Assembly (NCBI GenBank): GCA_030673645.1 | Contig: DAOVIO010000006.1 | Span: 5,027 to 69,026, forward strand | Direction: 5' to 3' | DNA length: 64,000 nucleotides | Source: Bacteroidales bacterium | GTDB lineage: Bacteria; Bacteroidota; Bacteroidia; Bacteroidales; GCA-2748055 | Shown: one piece after another, positions 1-8,713 of the stretch | Layout: every line of letters starts with the position of its first letter | Position numbering within the stretch: position 1 is the first letter of the stretch | Translations under genes and position numbers: made by a program | Notes under the pieces: generated by a model | The model's input: only the letters and a program-made list of their open reading frames with translations | The model's database searches: none | What the model was told of the DNA's origin: nothing

Positions 1-690
1 GAATATCTTTTTACTAAATCGGTATATGAATTCTACATAATCGACGCCCTGATACCCAAAGTGGCTTGGATCGTAATTAAAACCAAATGCAGGATGATTA
101 TCAATAGCTTTCAATGTTCTTTCAGCAGAGGCAATATCGAATGCTATCTCTGTGGGATGCACCTCTAGTCCGAAATTAACTCCCAATTTTGCATAGGAAT
201 CCATTATTGGTTCCCATCTGTCGGCAAAGTCTTTGTAACCAGCATCAATCATCTCTTTACTTACCGGAGGGAAAGAATATAGCAAATTCCAGATTGAGCT
301 CCCAGTAAATCCATTTACTATTTTTACTCCTAATCTCTTAGCAGCTTTCCCTGTTTCAATAATCTCTGCTGCAGCCCTTTGTCTTACTCCTTCCGGATCT
401 CCATCTCCCCAGATATAATCGGGCAGTATAGATTTATGTCTTTCATCAATCCTATCACAAACAGCTTGTCCAACCAAATGAGTTGAAATTGCAAAAACTT
501 TAAGATCATATTTTGCCAGAAGTTTTCGTTTGGCATCGCAATAAGCATCATCAGCTTTATCCACCTCAAAATGATCACCCCAACATGCAAGTTCAAGTCC
601 GTCATATCCAAAGGCTTTAGCTTTTTTACATACTTCTTCCAATGTTAGATCTGCCCATTGCCCGGTGAAAAGTGTTATTGGTCTTGACAT
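1..690 (-). CDS. sugar phosphate isomerase/epimerase (xylose-isomerase-like TIM barrel); C-terminus cut by window edge
   Basis: Absent from the ORF track because it has no in-window stop. Reverse-strand ATG at 690-688 opens an uninterrupted 230-codon frame to position 1 ([46 protein letters not shown]...[18 protein letters not shown]). It is the usual partner of the adjacent Gfo/Idh/MocA gene. Confidence 0.75.
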   Translation of the reverse strand, partial: MSRPITLFTGQWADLTLEEVCKKAKAFGYDGLELACWGDHFEVDKADDAYCDAKRKLLAKYDLKVFAISTHLVGQAVCDRIDERHKSILPDYIWGDGDPEGVRQRAAAEIIETGKAAKRLGVKIVNGFTGSSIWNLLYSFPPVSKEMIDAGYKDFADRWEPIMDSYAKLGVNFGLEVHPTEIAFDIASAERTLKAIDNHPAFGFNYDPSHFGYQGVDYVEFIYRFSKKIF

Positions 691-732
691 AATCGATAAA
701 TATTTAGGTTAATAATTTTAGCAACAAAAAAA

Positions 733-1887
733 TCAAAATTTAGTCCATTTATAATCCGACTTATTCGATTCAATTAATTTATCAATGAATTTCATCCCTC
801 TCAATCCATCATAAACAGTTGGATAATCCATTGCAAATTCAGGAATATCTTTTGCCATTAATTTATACTGAATAGAAGTCGCTAAATTCCTGTATATATT
901 AGCAAATGCCTCAATTAGTCCTTCAGGATGACCGAATGGTAAACGTGTATTATAGCTTGCTATTTCTGAAAGATAAGAGTTTCCCGATCTTCGTAATTCT
1001 ATTGGCTTATCTAGTCGGTTAACTATAAGGGTATTAGGCTCCTGTTGTATCCACTTGACCGATCCTTTCTCCCCATAAATCCGAATATTTAAATTATTTT
1101 CTTCACCTACTGATATTTGACTTGCATGAAGTATTCCTTTTGCCCCATTGTCAAATCTCAACAAAACATTTCCATCATCATCTAGCTTCCTGTTCTCAAC
1201 AAAAATACTTAAATCAGCGCATATTTCAGTGGCCCTTAATCCTGAAATATACTCTGCTAGATTTAAAGCATGTGTTCCTATATCACCCATACAACCTGCT
1301 TTCCCCGACCGTTTAGGATCGGTGCGCCAGGAAGCCTGCTTACTATCGCCTTGCTCGAGTGGCAAACTCAGCCAGCCTTGTGGATATTCAACAATAATCT
1401 TCCTGATACTTCCCAGCTCATTATTTTGAATTATATTCCTTGCCTCTTTCACCATTGGATATCCTGAATAAGCATGCGTTACAGCAAAGAACAGCCCGGT
1501 TTTTTCGACTAGTTTCACCAGAATCTCAGCTTCTTCTACTGTATACGTTAAGGGTTTATCACTAACAACATGAAAACCATTCTCCAATGCCATTTTAGAA
1601 GGCTCAAAATGGACATGATTTGGTGTCGCGATGCATACAAAATCCATTCTCTCTCCATCTGGAAGTAACTTCTCCTTTTCAAACATATCCTGAAAGGAAC
1701 CATATATTCGCTCTGGATTTAGGTAGTAACCTTCTCCTGCCTCTCTTGATTTATCAGGATCTGAGCTAAAAGCACCACAGACCAGTTCAATTTGCCCATC
1801 GAGCATTGCAGCATTAAAGTGAACTCTTCCTATAAATGAACCAGGGCCACCTCCAACCATTCCCATTCTAATTTTTCTTGATCTCAT
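733..1887 (-). CDS. Gfo/Idh/MocA family oxidoreductase
   Basis: Rossmann N-terminus KIRMGMVGGGPGSFIG plus the typical C-terminal dimerisation region. I prefer the ATG at 1887 (MRSRKIRMG...) over the 22-codon upstream extension in the track. Confidence 0.85.
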   Translation of the reverse strand: MRSRKIRMGMVGGGPGSFIGRVHFNAAMLDGQIELVCGAFSSDPDKSREAGEGYYLNPERIYGSFQDMFEKEKLLPDGERMDFVCIATPNHVHFEPSKMALENGFHVVSDKPLTYTVEEAEILVKLVEKTGLFFAVTHAYSGYPMVKEARNIIQNNELGSIRKIIVEYPQGWLSLPLEQGDSKQASWRTDPKRSGKAGCMGDIGTHALNLAEYISGLRATEICADLSIFVENRKLDDDGNVLLRFDNGAKGILHASQISVGEENNLNIRIYGEKGSVKWIQQEPNTLIVNRLDKPIELRRSGNSYLSEIASYNTRLPFGHPEGLIEAFANIYRNLATSIQYKLMAKDIPEFAMDYPTVYDGLRGMKFIDKLIESNKSDYKWTKF

Positions 1888-1979
1888 ATCTTGTCTTATA
1901 ATAGTTAATACATATTTCTTAAATATCGCAATTTTCAGATAGCTTATATGCAAAGTAATAAATTATTTCTAATTGGTAT

Positions 1980-1987
1980 TATTTTTG
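1980..1987 (+). promoter_or_regulatory. candidate Bacteroidota -7 promoter box (TATTTTTG)
   Basis: Matches TAnnTTTG about 50 nt upstream of the ATG at 2039. Confidence 0.35.
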
Positions 1988-2038
1988 CAATATCATTTAT
2001 ATCAACATGATTTAATACAAGCACTTAAATTTTAGAAA

Positions 2039-2989
2039 ATGAAAATCAGGATAAAAAACTTAGTGATTTACACAGGAATATTTTTCCTTTTTGCTGCCCC
2101 ATCTATATCCTTTGATGCTTTATTTCCATCTGAACTAAAATTACCCGATCACATAAAAACTATTGCAATTATTGATCGTAGTATCCGTGAAGATAAACTT
2201 GTAAATATTCTCGAGGGAGGCATTACCGGTGAAGGTATTGGTCAGGATAGAGTAGCTGCCCGAAAATGTCTCGATGGTTTAATAGATCTTGTAAATAATA
2301 ACATTCATATTAGTTTCGTCAGAACAAATATTGAAATGACTTTAGATTCTAAACCTGGAAACATGGCAGATTTACTCTCTTTGGCACATCTCAAGGGTAT
2401 TTGCATGGAAAATGAAGCAGATGCAGTTTTATCTCTGGAATATTTTGACACAGACCGCAGAGGAGAATTCATTGATGTCAAACTTGGTTTTAGAATATAT
2501 GACTTAAGATCGAATGCTGTTATTGAGGAATATAATTTTAGCAGAAGCGGGAGGATACATTTACTGGAAAACAATCTGGTGAACATTATTAATACGACTT
2601 ATATATCAAATCCCATTATGCAGCTTAGTTATGATGCAGGCAGAAATTACGGGCAGAGAATCTCCCCATACTGGCAAAGAGTAAGTAGAATATATTACAA
2701 AAAAGGGCGAAGAGATAAAGACCTTGCACAAGGGGCGAGAATGATGGAAGTGAATGACTGGGATGCTGCTATTGCTAGTTTTAAAACTTCTATTAATAGC
2801 AAGAAAAGAAAAACCCAGGCACGTTCGGCTCATAACCTGGCTGTTGTTTATGAAATTTTAAGTGAATTCGAAACCGCAAAAGAATATTCACAACTAGCAT
2901 GGGGAGAATATAAAAATAAAGACTCAAAAGAGTATTCAGAGATACTAAGTCGAAGAATACGTGAGGTTAATATGCTGAATGAAGATTGA
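2039..2989 (+). CDS. hypothetical exported protein with TPR-like C-terminal helices
   Basis: 316-aa ORF with a hydrophobic N-terminal signal-like segment (LVIYTGIFFLFAAPSISF). The C-terminal helical region (DWDAAIASFKTSI...AHNLAVVYEILSEFETAKEY) resembles a TPR pair. No family confidently recognised. Confidence 0.55.
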   Translation: MKIRIKNLVIYTGIFFLFAAPSISFDALFPSELKLPDHIKTIAIIDRSIREDKLVNILEGGITGEGIGQDRVAARKCLDGLIDLVNNNIHISFVRTNIEMTLDSKPGNMADLLSLAHLKGICMENEADAVLSLEYFDTDRRGEFIDVKLGFRIYDLRSNAVIEEYNFSRSGRIHLLENNLVNIINTTYISNPIMQLSYDAGRNYGQRISPYWQRVSRIYYKKGRRDKDLAQGARMMEVNDWDAAIASFKTSINSKKRKTQARSAHNLAVVYEILSEFETAKEYSQLAWGEYKNKDSKEYSEILSRRIREVNMLNED

Positions 2990-3040
2990 TATATGGGTAA
3001 GGTGTTTGAAATTCTTTTTCTTCTACTAATACAAAGTTCG

Positions 3041-3209
3041 TCTAACCCCCTCCTAGCCTTCCCCCAAGTGGGGAGGAACAGATTATGCCAACGAAACGAA
3101 CAAGGCAAATCATTGTAGTTTATTTTTCTTCCCAGTAACCAGACTCTTCGACCCTTCGGCTAGCTCAGAGATCGCAGGCTCAGGGCGGCGCCCAGCAACC
3201 AGCAACCAG
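3041..3209. repeat. GC-rich composite intergenic element (E1)
   Basis: CCTTCCCC/GGGGAGG hairpin at 3057-3076. Module actcttcgacccttcggctagctcag...ggcggcg at 3141-3190 is shared with 34324-34369. It ends in cccagcaaccagcaaccag heptads at 3191-3209. Confidence 0.6.
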
Positions 3210-3281
3210 ATTTTCAGAAATAAATCAAATCAATTCCTACTTTATAGATCTATTATGAAGAGATAAGTAAATATTTCTTTT

Positions 3282-3289
3282 TAAATTTG
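3282..3289 (+). promoter_or_regulatory. candidate -7 promoter box (TAAATTTG) for pgi
   Basis: TAnnTTTG match 43 nt upstream of the ATG at 3332. It overlaps the TTG at 3287 used by the ORF track, which argues against that start. Confidence 0.4.
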
Positions 3290-3331
3290 CCTCTACAATC
3301 AGATTTTTTAATTAATAATTTTTTGAAGCGC

Positions 3332-4675
3332 ATGAAAAATTTCAAGCTTGATATTAGCAAGGTTTATGATTTTATAAGTAAAGAGGAAATATTCAGTATA
3401 AAAAATGAAGCCGAAAAGCAAGTTAAAAGTTTACATAATAAATCCGGAGAAGGTAATGATTTTTTAGGTTGGGTTGATCTTCCGTCTCAAATCTCAGAAA
3501 ACGAAATTCAAGAAATTGAAAATGTGGCTAAGGGATTGGCAAAAAAAGTTGATTATGTTATTGTTATCGGTATTGGGGGTTCTTATTTGGGAGCAAAATT
3601 TTTCCTGGAAGCTATGAGCAGTAGTTTTGAGTGGTTAGAGCAAGCTGGAAAATATCCAAGAGTCCTTTTTGCCGGGCAAAATATTGTTGAAGATTACCTG
3701 GGAGAATTAACTGAACTGCTAAAAGATAAGAAATTTGGTATTGTAGTAATTTCAAAATCAGGGACAACTACAGAGCCGGCAGTTGCATTTCGCATTCTCA
3801 AGAAACAACTTGAGAGTCAAGTAGGAAAAGAAAATGCAAAGGAATTGATTATTGCAATTACAGATGCTAAGAAAGGTGCTTTACGGGAGCTTTCAAATAT
3901 TGAAGCTTATCAAAGTTTTATCATTCCTGATGATGCAGGCGGAAGGTACTCAGTTCTTACACCCGTAGGACTGCTTCCTATAGCTATTGCGGGTTATTCC
4001 ATCCGTGAATTTATTAATGGGGCAAAACAAATGGAATCAATATCTGGAACCGATACTATTTTTGAAGATAATCCTGCTGCTATTTATGCTGCTACACGTC
4101 ACGCGCTTTATAAAAAAGGAAAAAAAATAGAAATCCTCGCTAATTTCAATGATAAACTAGTTTATTTTTCAGAATGGTGGAAACAATTATTTGGAGAAAG
4201 TGAAGGAAAAGAAAATAAGGGTATTTTTCCGGCCAGTGTATATTTTACAGCCGACTTGCACTCTATGGGTCAGTATATTCAGGAGGGTGAACGTCATATT
4301 TTTGAAACCGTAATTTCCGTTTCAGGTTCTGATAAGAAAATTCAGATCCCATCTGACGAGGGAAATTTAGATCAGCTTAATTATATTGCTAATAAACGCA
4401 TATCGGATGTTAATTCAATGGCAGAACTAGGTACTATGCTTGCACATGTTGATGGTGGAGTTCCGAATATCCGTATTGAGATTGACGCTATAAATGAATA
4501 TAATTTGGGACAATTGGTATATTTCTTTGAAAAAGCTTGTGGAATAAGTGGATACTTACTGAACATTAACCCTTTCAATCAACCTGGCGTTGAGGCTTAT
4601 AAAAAAAATATGTTTGCCTTACTTGAAAAGCCAGGATTCGAAAAGGAAACTGAGGAAATTAAAAAAAGATTATAA
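3332..4675 (+). CDS. pgi: glucose-6-phosphate isomerase
   Basis: Short bacterial PGI family, ~447 aa: [35 protein letters not shown] motifs. Start placed at ATG 3332 ([10 protein letters not shown]). Confidence 0.9.
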   Translation: MKNFKLDISKVYDFISKEEIFSIKNEAEKQVKSLHNKSGEGNDFLGWVDLPSQISENEIQEIENVAKGLAKKVDYVIVIGIGGSYLGAKFFLEAMSSSFEWLEQAGKYPRVLFAGQNIVEDYLGELTELLKDKKFGIVVISKSGTTTEPAVAFRILKKQLESQVGKENAKELIIAITDAKKGALRELSNIEAYQSFIIPDDAGGRYSVLTPVGLLPIAIAGYSIREFINGAKQMESISGTDTIFEDNPAAIYAATRHALYKKGKKIEILANFNDKLVYFSEWWKQLFGESEGKENKGIFPASVYFTADLHSMGQYIQEGERHIFETVISVSGSDKKIQIPSDEGNLDQLNYIANKRISDVNSMAELGTMLAHVDGGVPNIRIEIDAINEYNLGQLVYFFEKACGISGYLLNINPFNQPGVEAYKKNMFALLEKPGFEKETEEIKKRL

Positions 4676-4842
4676 AATTTATTTACAACCTCGTATTCGA
4701 AATTTTGATCTTTTTTGAATGAATAAATCCTGATTAAACAATAATTGGAATTAGCATTCTTACTGCGGTCAAATCATTAGTTTCAAAATATCAAAAACAC
4801 ACACAGAATGAAGCTGTGGTTTCAAAATAATAATTTTCATTT

Positions 4843-6180
4843 CTATAGTTTATGCTCTTTTACGAAATCGTCTAATACCATATTCAAATCTGGTTCGCCA
4901 ATTTCCTGAAGGTCATAAAATACACGTGTGTGAGGCTTCTTAATATTAACTATTCTGCTCAGATCAATAGGCGTACCGATAATGACAGCATCGCAATCGG
5001 TATTGTTTATCGTTGTCTCCAGATCTCTAAGCTGTTCATCTCCATATCCCATTGCAGGTAGAAGAGTGCCAATTCCAGGATAAAGCTTAAAAGTCTCGCT
5101 CAGTTTCCCAACAGTATATGGCCTGGGATCAACAAGTTCTGCGCAGCCATATTTCTTTGCGGCAACTACACCGGCACCAAGTTTCATTTCTCCATGGGTA
5201 AGTGTTGGCCCGTCCTCGACAACAAGCACTCTTTTACCCTTAATAATTGAAGGATTTTCAACCCTGATTGGTGAGGCACCATCAATAACTATAGCATCAG
5301 GATTTACTTTATCAATGCTTTCGCGCACAATTTGAATAGCTTCCGGATCTGCGCTATCCATTTTGTTAATGACAACTACATCAGCAATTCGTAATGTAAC
5401 TTCACCCGGATAATATTTCAATTCATGTCCCGGACGATGAGGATCGACAACTGTTACTGTAAGATCAGATTTGTAGAATGGGAAATCATTGTTCCCTCCA
5501 TCCCATAAAATTACATCGCATCCATCAGGATCTTCTTCAGCAGCCCTTAAAATAGCCTCATAATCAACTCCGGCATATATTACGTTTCCTCTAACAACAT
5601 GTGGTTCATATTCCTCCATTTCTTCAACAGTACATTTATTTTTTTCCAGGTCATTTACTTCCGCAAAACGTTGAACTTTTTGTGCTACCAGATCACCATA
5701 AGGCATAGGATGTCGGACAGCTACAACTTTTAAACCTTTCTCCATTAATATTTCAATTATCCGTCTTGAAGTCTGACTTTTACCACATCCCGTTCTTACG
5801 GCACCAACGGCAATAACTGGTTTCTTACTTGCTATCATTGTATCCTTTCCTCCAAGCAAGATAAAATTAGCTCCGGCAGCATTAACAATTGCGCTTACAC
5901 TACCAACTTTATCGTAAGTAACATCACTATATGAGAAAACACAGTCATCTACTTTCTTATCAATAATCAAATTTGGTAAATCCTCCTCAGAAAAAATTGT
6001 TATACCATCGGGATACAGTTCTCCAGCAAGTTCTGAAGGATATTTTCTTCCATCAATATCCGGAATTTGGGCGGCAGTAAATGCTACAACATTATAATCT
6101 TCATTATCGCGGAAGTAAGTATTAAAGTTATGAAAATCTCTTCCTGCTGCACCGATGATAATTACATTCTTTTTAGACAT
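4843..6180 (-). CDS. cyclic 2,3-diphosphoglycerate synthetase-like P-loop protein
   Basis: 445 aa with VIIIGAAGRDFHNFN N-terminus and a Walker-A-like GAVRTGCGKSQTS. Resembles the family usually annotated cDPG synthetase. The function of bacterial members is unclear. Confidence 0.55.
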   Translation of the reverse strand: MSKKNVIIIGAAGRDFHNFNTYFRDNEDYNVVAFTAAQIPDIDGRKYPSELAGELYPDGITIFSEEDLPNLIIDKKVDDCVFSYSDVTYDKVGSVSAIVNAAGANFILLGGKDTMIASKKPVIAVGAVRTGCGKSQTSRRIIEILMEKGLKVVAVRHPMPYGDLVAQKVQRFAEVNDLEKNKCTVEEMEEYEPHVVRGNVIYAGVDYEAILRAAEEDPDGCDVILWDGGNNDFPFYKSDLTVTVVDPHRPGHELKYYPGEVTLRIADVVVINKMDSADPEAIQIVRESIDKVNPDAIVIDGASPIRVENPSIIKGKRVLVVEDGPTLTHGEMKLGAGVVAAKKYGCAELVDPRPYTVGKLSETFKLYPGIGTLLPAMGYGDEQLRDLETTINNTDCDAVIIGTPIDLSRIVNIKKPHTRVFYDLQEIGEPDLNMVLDDFVKEHKL

Positions 6181-6407
6181 ATTTTCATTTTTAAATTGAT
6201 ATATAAAAGATGTAAAACAAAGGTGTAAAAGTTTTAATGAATTTAAAATCTATTAAAAAACATATACAGAAATTTAGACTATCCGGTCGAAAAATAATCA
6301 TTATTAAATCTGCCATGACGACCATTAATTTGATCCTGGTCGAATTTTGGATTATTATTATGAAAAAGTTAATAAATTCTTACTCGCATTTTCATAAAAA
6401 CTCCCTG

Positions 6408-6415
6408 TATATTTG
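6408..6415 (+). promoter_or_regulatory. candidate -7 promoter box (TATATTTG) for acpH
   Basis: TAnnTTTG match about 50 nt upstream of the ATG at 6465. Confidence 0.4.
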
Positions 6416-6464
6416 TAACTTCTGAGGCCAGAACGGCATATTATTTGAATCTAATATTCCAATA

Positions 6465-7073
6465 ATGAATTTCCTTGCTCACATATATTTATCCGGCAAT
6501 AATGAGAAGATTCTTGTAGGGAATTTTATGGGTGATTATGTCAAGGGCAGAAATTACATACAATATCCTGAAGAAGTTCGCAGGGGCATTCTAATTCACA
6601 GAAAGATCGACTATTACACAGATAATCATCCTGTTACAAAAATAAGCAAACTCCATTTAAGCGAACGATATTCAAAATATTCAGGAATTGTAGTCGATAT
6701 ATTTTATGATTACCTACTTACTCTTTCCTGGCAAAAATATTGTGACATACCCCTACCAGTGTTTGTAGATCGTGTATTTCATTTACTACGAAATAATTAT
6801 GACATCTTCCCTCAGGGAATTAAAAACTTGTTTCCAAATTTTATCAGGAATAATTGGTTAATAGCCTATTCTACTATTGAAGGTATAGAAACAGTGTTGC
6901 AAAGAATGTCTAGCCGTACATCTTTGCCGGAACATACTGAATTTGCTATTAATTCTTTGCGTGAACATCAAGATGAATACCTGGAAGAATTTAATTCGTT
7001 TTTCCCAGATATTAAAAATTATATGCTTAAGGAATTCGGGATCAAGACAGGAAATCTTGATTTTAGTTACTGA
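6465..7073 (+). CDS. acpH: acyl carrier protein phosphodiesterase
   Basis: N-terminus MNFLAHIYLSG...GNFMGDYVKG and ~200 aa length are characteristic of AcpH. Confidence 0.8.
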   Translation: MNFLAHIYLSGNNEKILVGNFMGDYVKGRNYIQYPEEVRRGILIHRKIDYYTDNHPVTKISKLHLSERYSKYSGIVVDIFYDYLLTLSWQKYCDIPLPVFVDRVFHLLRNNYDIFPQGIKNLFPNFIRNNWLIAYSTIEGIETVLQRMSSRTSLPEHTEFAINSLREHQDEYLEEFNSFFPDIKNYMLKEFGIKTGNLDFSY

Positions 7074-7104
7074 AAATAGAATACTTAATGAAAAAGATAA
7101 ACTA

Positions 7105-8448
7105 CTAGGCTGTAGTTTTATAATTATCGATTCTTACAATCTTCTTATCCTGTTTTTCTTTTATCTCATCAAACTCATCCTCAAAGAAGAATCTGTCATC
7201 CTCAAAAGGAACAAGCTCATCAAGCCATTTCGCATTTTCATCGTATTCTGCAAAAAACGGCTTATTTACCCAATCAGGATTTCTTCCCTGAAGGAAATTG
7301 AGAACAAAAACTTTTTGATTTCTAATCTTTGTTACTCCTGCAATTTGCACTTTTCCAGGATCTGCTGACATACTAGGGCCCCGAACTGTTCTAGCAAGTC
7401 CGCTAACCTGACTATATGCCCTACTAAATATCTGGATTGATTTTTTGAGCGATGTTCCAAAATAATGCTGTGCGCCTGTATCCCTTGCAATAAACATATA
7501 ATATGGTATTAACCCAAGTGCTACCTGATGACGCCACATCCTTGACCATAATTCCGGCTTATTATTAATATGGTTAAGCAAAGGTGATTGGGTTCTAATC
7601 TGAACACCAGTATTTCGTATCCTCCTGATGGCTTCCTGAACAGCTTTTGTAGAAAGCTCTCTGGGATGATTAATATGTGCCATCAGAGCCAATTGTAATC
7701 CAGACTTACTCACTTTTTCAAACAGCCTCAATACATCTTCCGAATCTTTATCATTAATGAACCTGTCTGGCCAGAATGAAAGAGATTTAGTTCCAATACG
7801 AATAGTATTAAGATTATGACTATGAGAATTTAATATGGGCTCAATATATGCTTTTAAATTATTGATATTCATCACCATTGGATCTCCACCGGTAATGAGC
7901 AAATCGCTTACAGACTGATTATTTTCAAGGTATTCTGTCAGTAGATTGGACTGCTTCATTGCGAATTTCAGTTCATCCATATTGGTAAACTGCGGCCACC
8001 TAAAACAAAAAGTACAGTATGCATGACATGTTTGTCCCTGAGTAGGAAAAAACAATACAGTTTCTTTGTATTTATGTTGAATGCCTGATAATTTCTCTCC
8101 ATTCAAAAAAGGAACATTACTCTCCTGTCCTGCCGGGTGAGGATTCAATTGTCTTCGTATATCATTTGCCAGGCTATAAACTTCCTTCTTATCAGCTCCA
8201 CGCCTAATCAGATCCAACATCTGATTATAATGATTATCCTGCAACATATCTTTTTGTGGGAAATTCAAAATAAACATCGGATCATCTTCAAAGTTGTCCC
8301 AATCAATTAGTTTATCTGTTACATAATTATTGGTCTTAAAAGGAAAAACTTTTGATACCACCTCAATTGCTTCTCTCTGTTCTTTGCTAAACTTCGAAAA
8401 TTGATCGATGTTCTGATAATTGTGTATGGAATAGGACTGATGCTTCAT
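7105..8448 (-). CDS. KamA-family (lysine 2,3-aminomutase-like) radical SAM protein
   Basis: CX3CX2C cluster CHAYCTFCFRW, LITGGDP, and a C-terminal PGK motif (SADPGKVQI) at the position of the PLP lysine. 447 aa with N- and C-terminal extensions relative to EpmB-size proteins. Confidence 0.8.
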   Translation of the reverse strand: MKHQSYSIHNYQNIDQFSKFSKEQREAIEVVSKVFPFKTNNYVTDKLIDWDNFEDDPMFILNFPQKDMLQDNHYNQMLDLIRRGADKKEVYSLANDIRRQLNPHPAGQESNVPFLNGEKLSGIQHKYKETVLFFPTQGQTCHAYCTFCFRWPQFTNMDELKFAMKQSNLLTEYLENNQSVSDLLITGGDPMVMNINNLKAYIEPILNSHSHNLNTIRIGTKSLSFWPDRFINDKDSEDVLRLFEKVSKSGLQLALMAHINHPRELSTKAVQEAIRRIRNTGVQIRTQSPLLNHINNKPELWSRMWRHQVALGLIPYYMFIARDTGAQHYFGTSLKKSIQIFSRAYSQVSGLARTVRGPSMSADPGKVQIAGVTKIRNQKVFVLNFLQGRNPDWVNKPFFAEYDENAKWLDELVPFEDDRFFFEDEFDEIKEKQDKKIVRIDNYKTTA

Positions 8449-8652
8449 AGAACTAAATGAACGTTTTTTAAAAGATTACAAAAATAGTAAAAAAGACGGT
8501 TCTTAAAAAATTAATTCAACAATGATCCCATACAAAACTAATCAATATCTATTGTGAAAACAATCACATATAACTTATTTTCAAATATTTAAGCTTAATT
8601 CCAATTACTCAACTAATCATCTTTACTAAGTTATAGGCATCTGACGGAATTA

Positions 8653-8713
8653 AGCAGCACACCACATCAGCACACCAGCACTCCCGATATCTATCGGGAA
8701 GCACACCAACACA
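8653..8713. repeat. GC-rich intergenic element (E2)
   Basis: agcagcacaccacatcagcacaccagcac heptad-like tract, then hairpin TCCCGATA/TATCGGGA (8682-8699), then gcacaccaacacac. It abuts the TAG stop of rodA. Confidence 0.6.

Noticed and set aside
384-611. 75-aa ORF in the supplied track
   Set aside because: It lies out of frame inside the much longer edge-truncated TIM-barrel isomerase frame (1-690, minus strand), which has a convincing family-like translation. The short ORF is low-complexity and is a shadow ORF.
3287-3331. N-terminal extensions produced by non-ATG starts in the track: pgi TTG 3287, ORF6N TTG 31841, GH28 TTG 45812, porQ TTG 31106 and the oxidoreductase extension to 1953
   Set aside because: In each case an in-frame ATG shortly downstream gives a canonical N-terminus (signal peptide, lipobox or family-typical start). 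For pgi, a TAnnTTTG box overlaps the TTG.
6943-7368. 141-aa plus-strand ORF spanning the acpH 3' end and the kamA-like gene
   Set aside because: It overlaps two well-supported genes in other frames or on the other strand, and its translation is Ile/Leu/Lys-rich noise.
8653-8713. Possible CRISPR array or microsatellite in the heptad-like CAGCA(A/C)C tracts
   Set aside because: The repeats are only ~7 nt, imperfect, and present in 2-4 units without spacers of CRISPR size. No cas genes are in the window.
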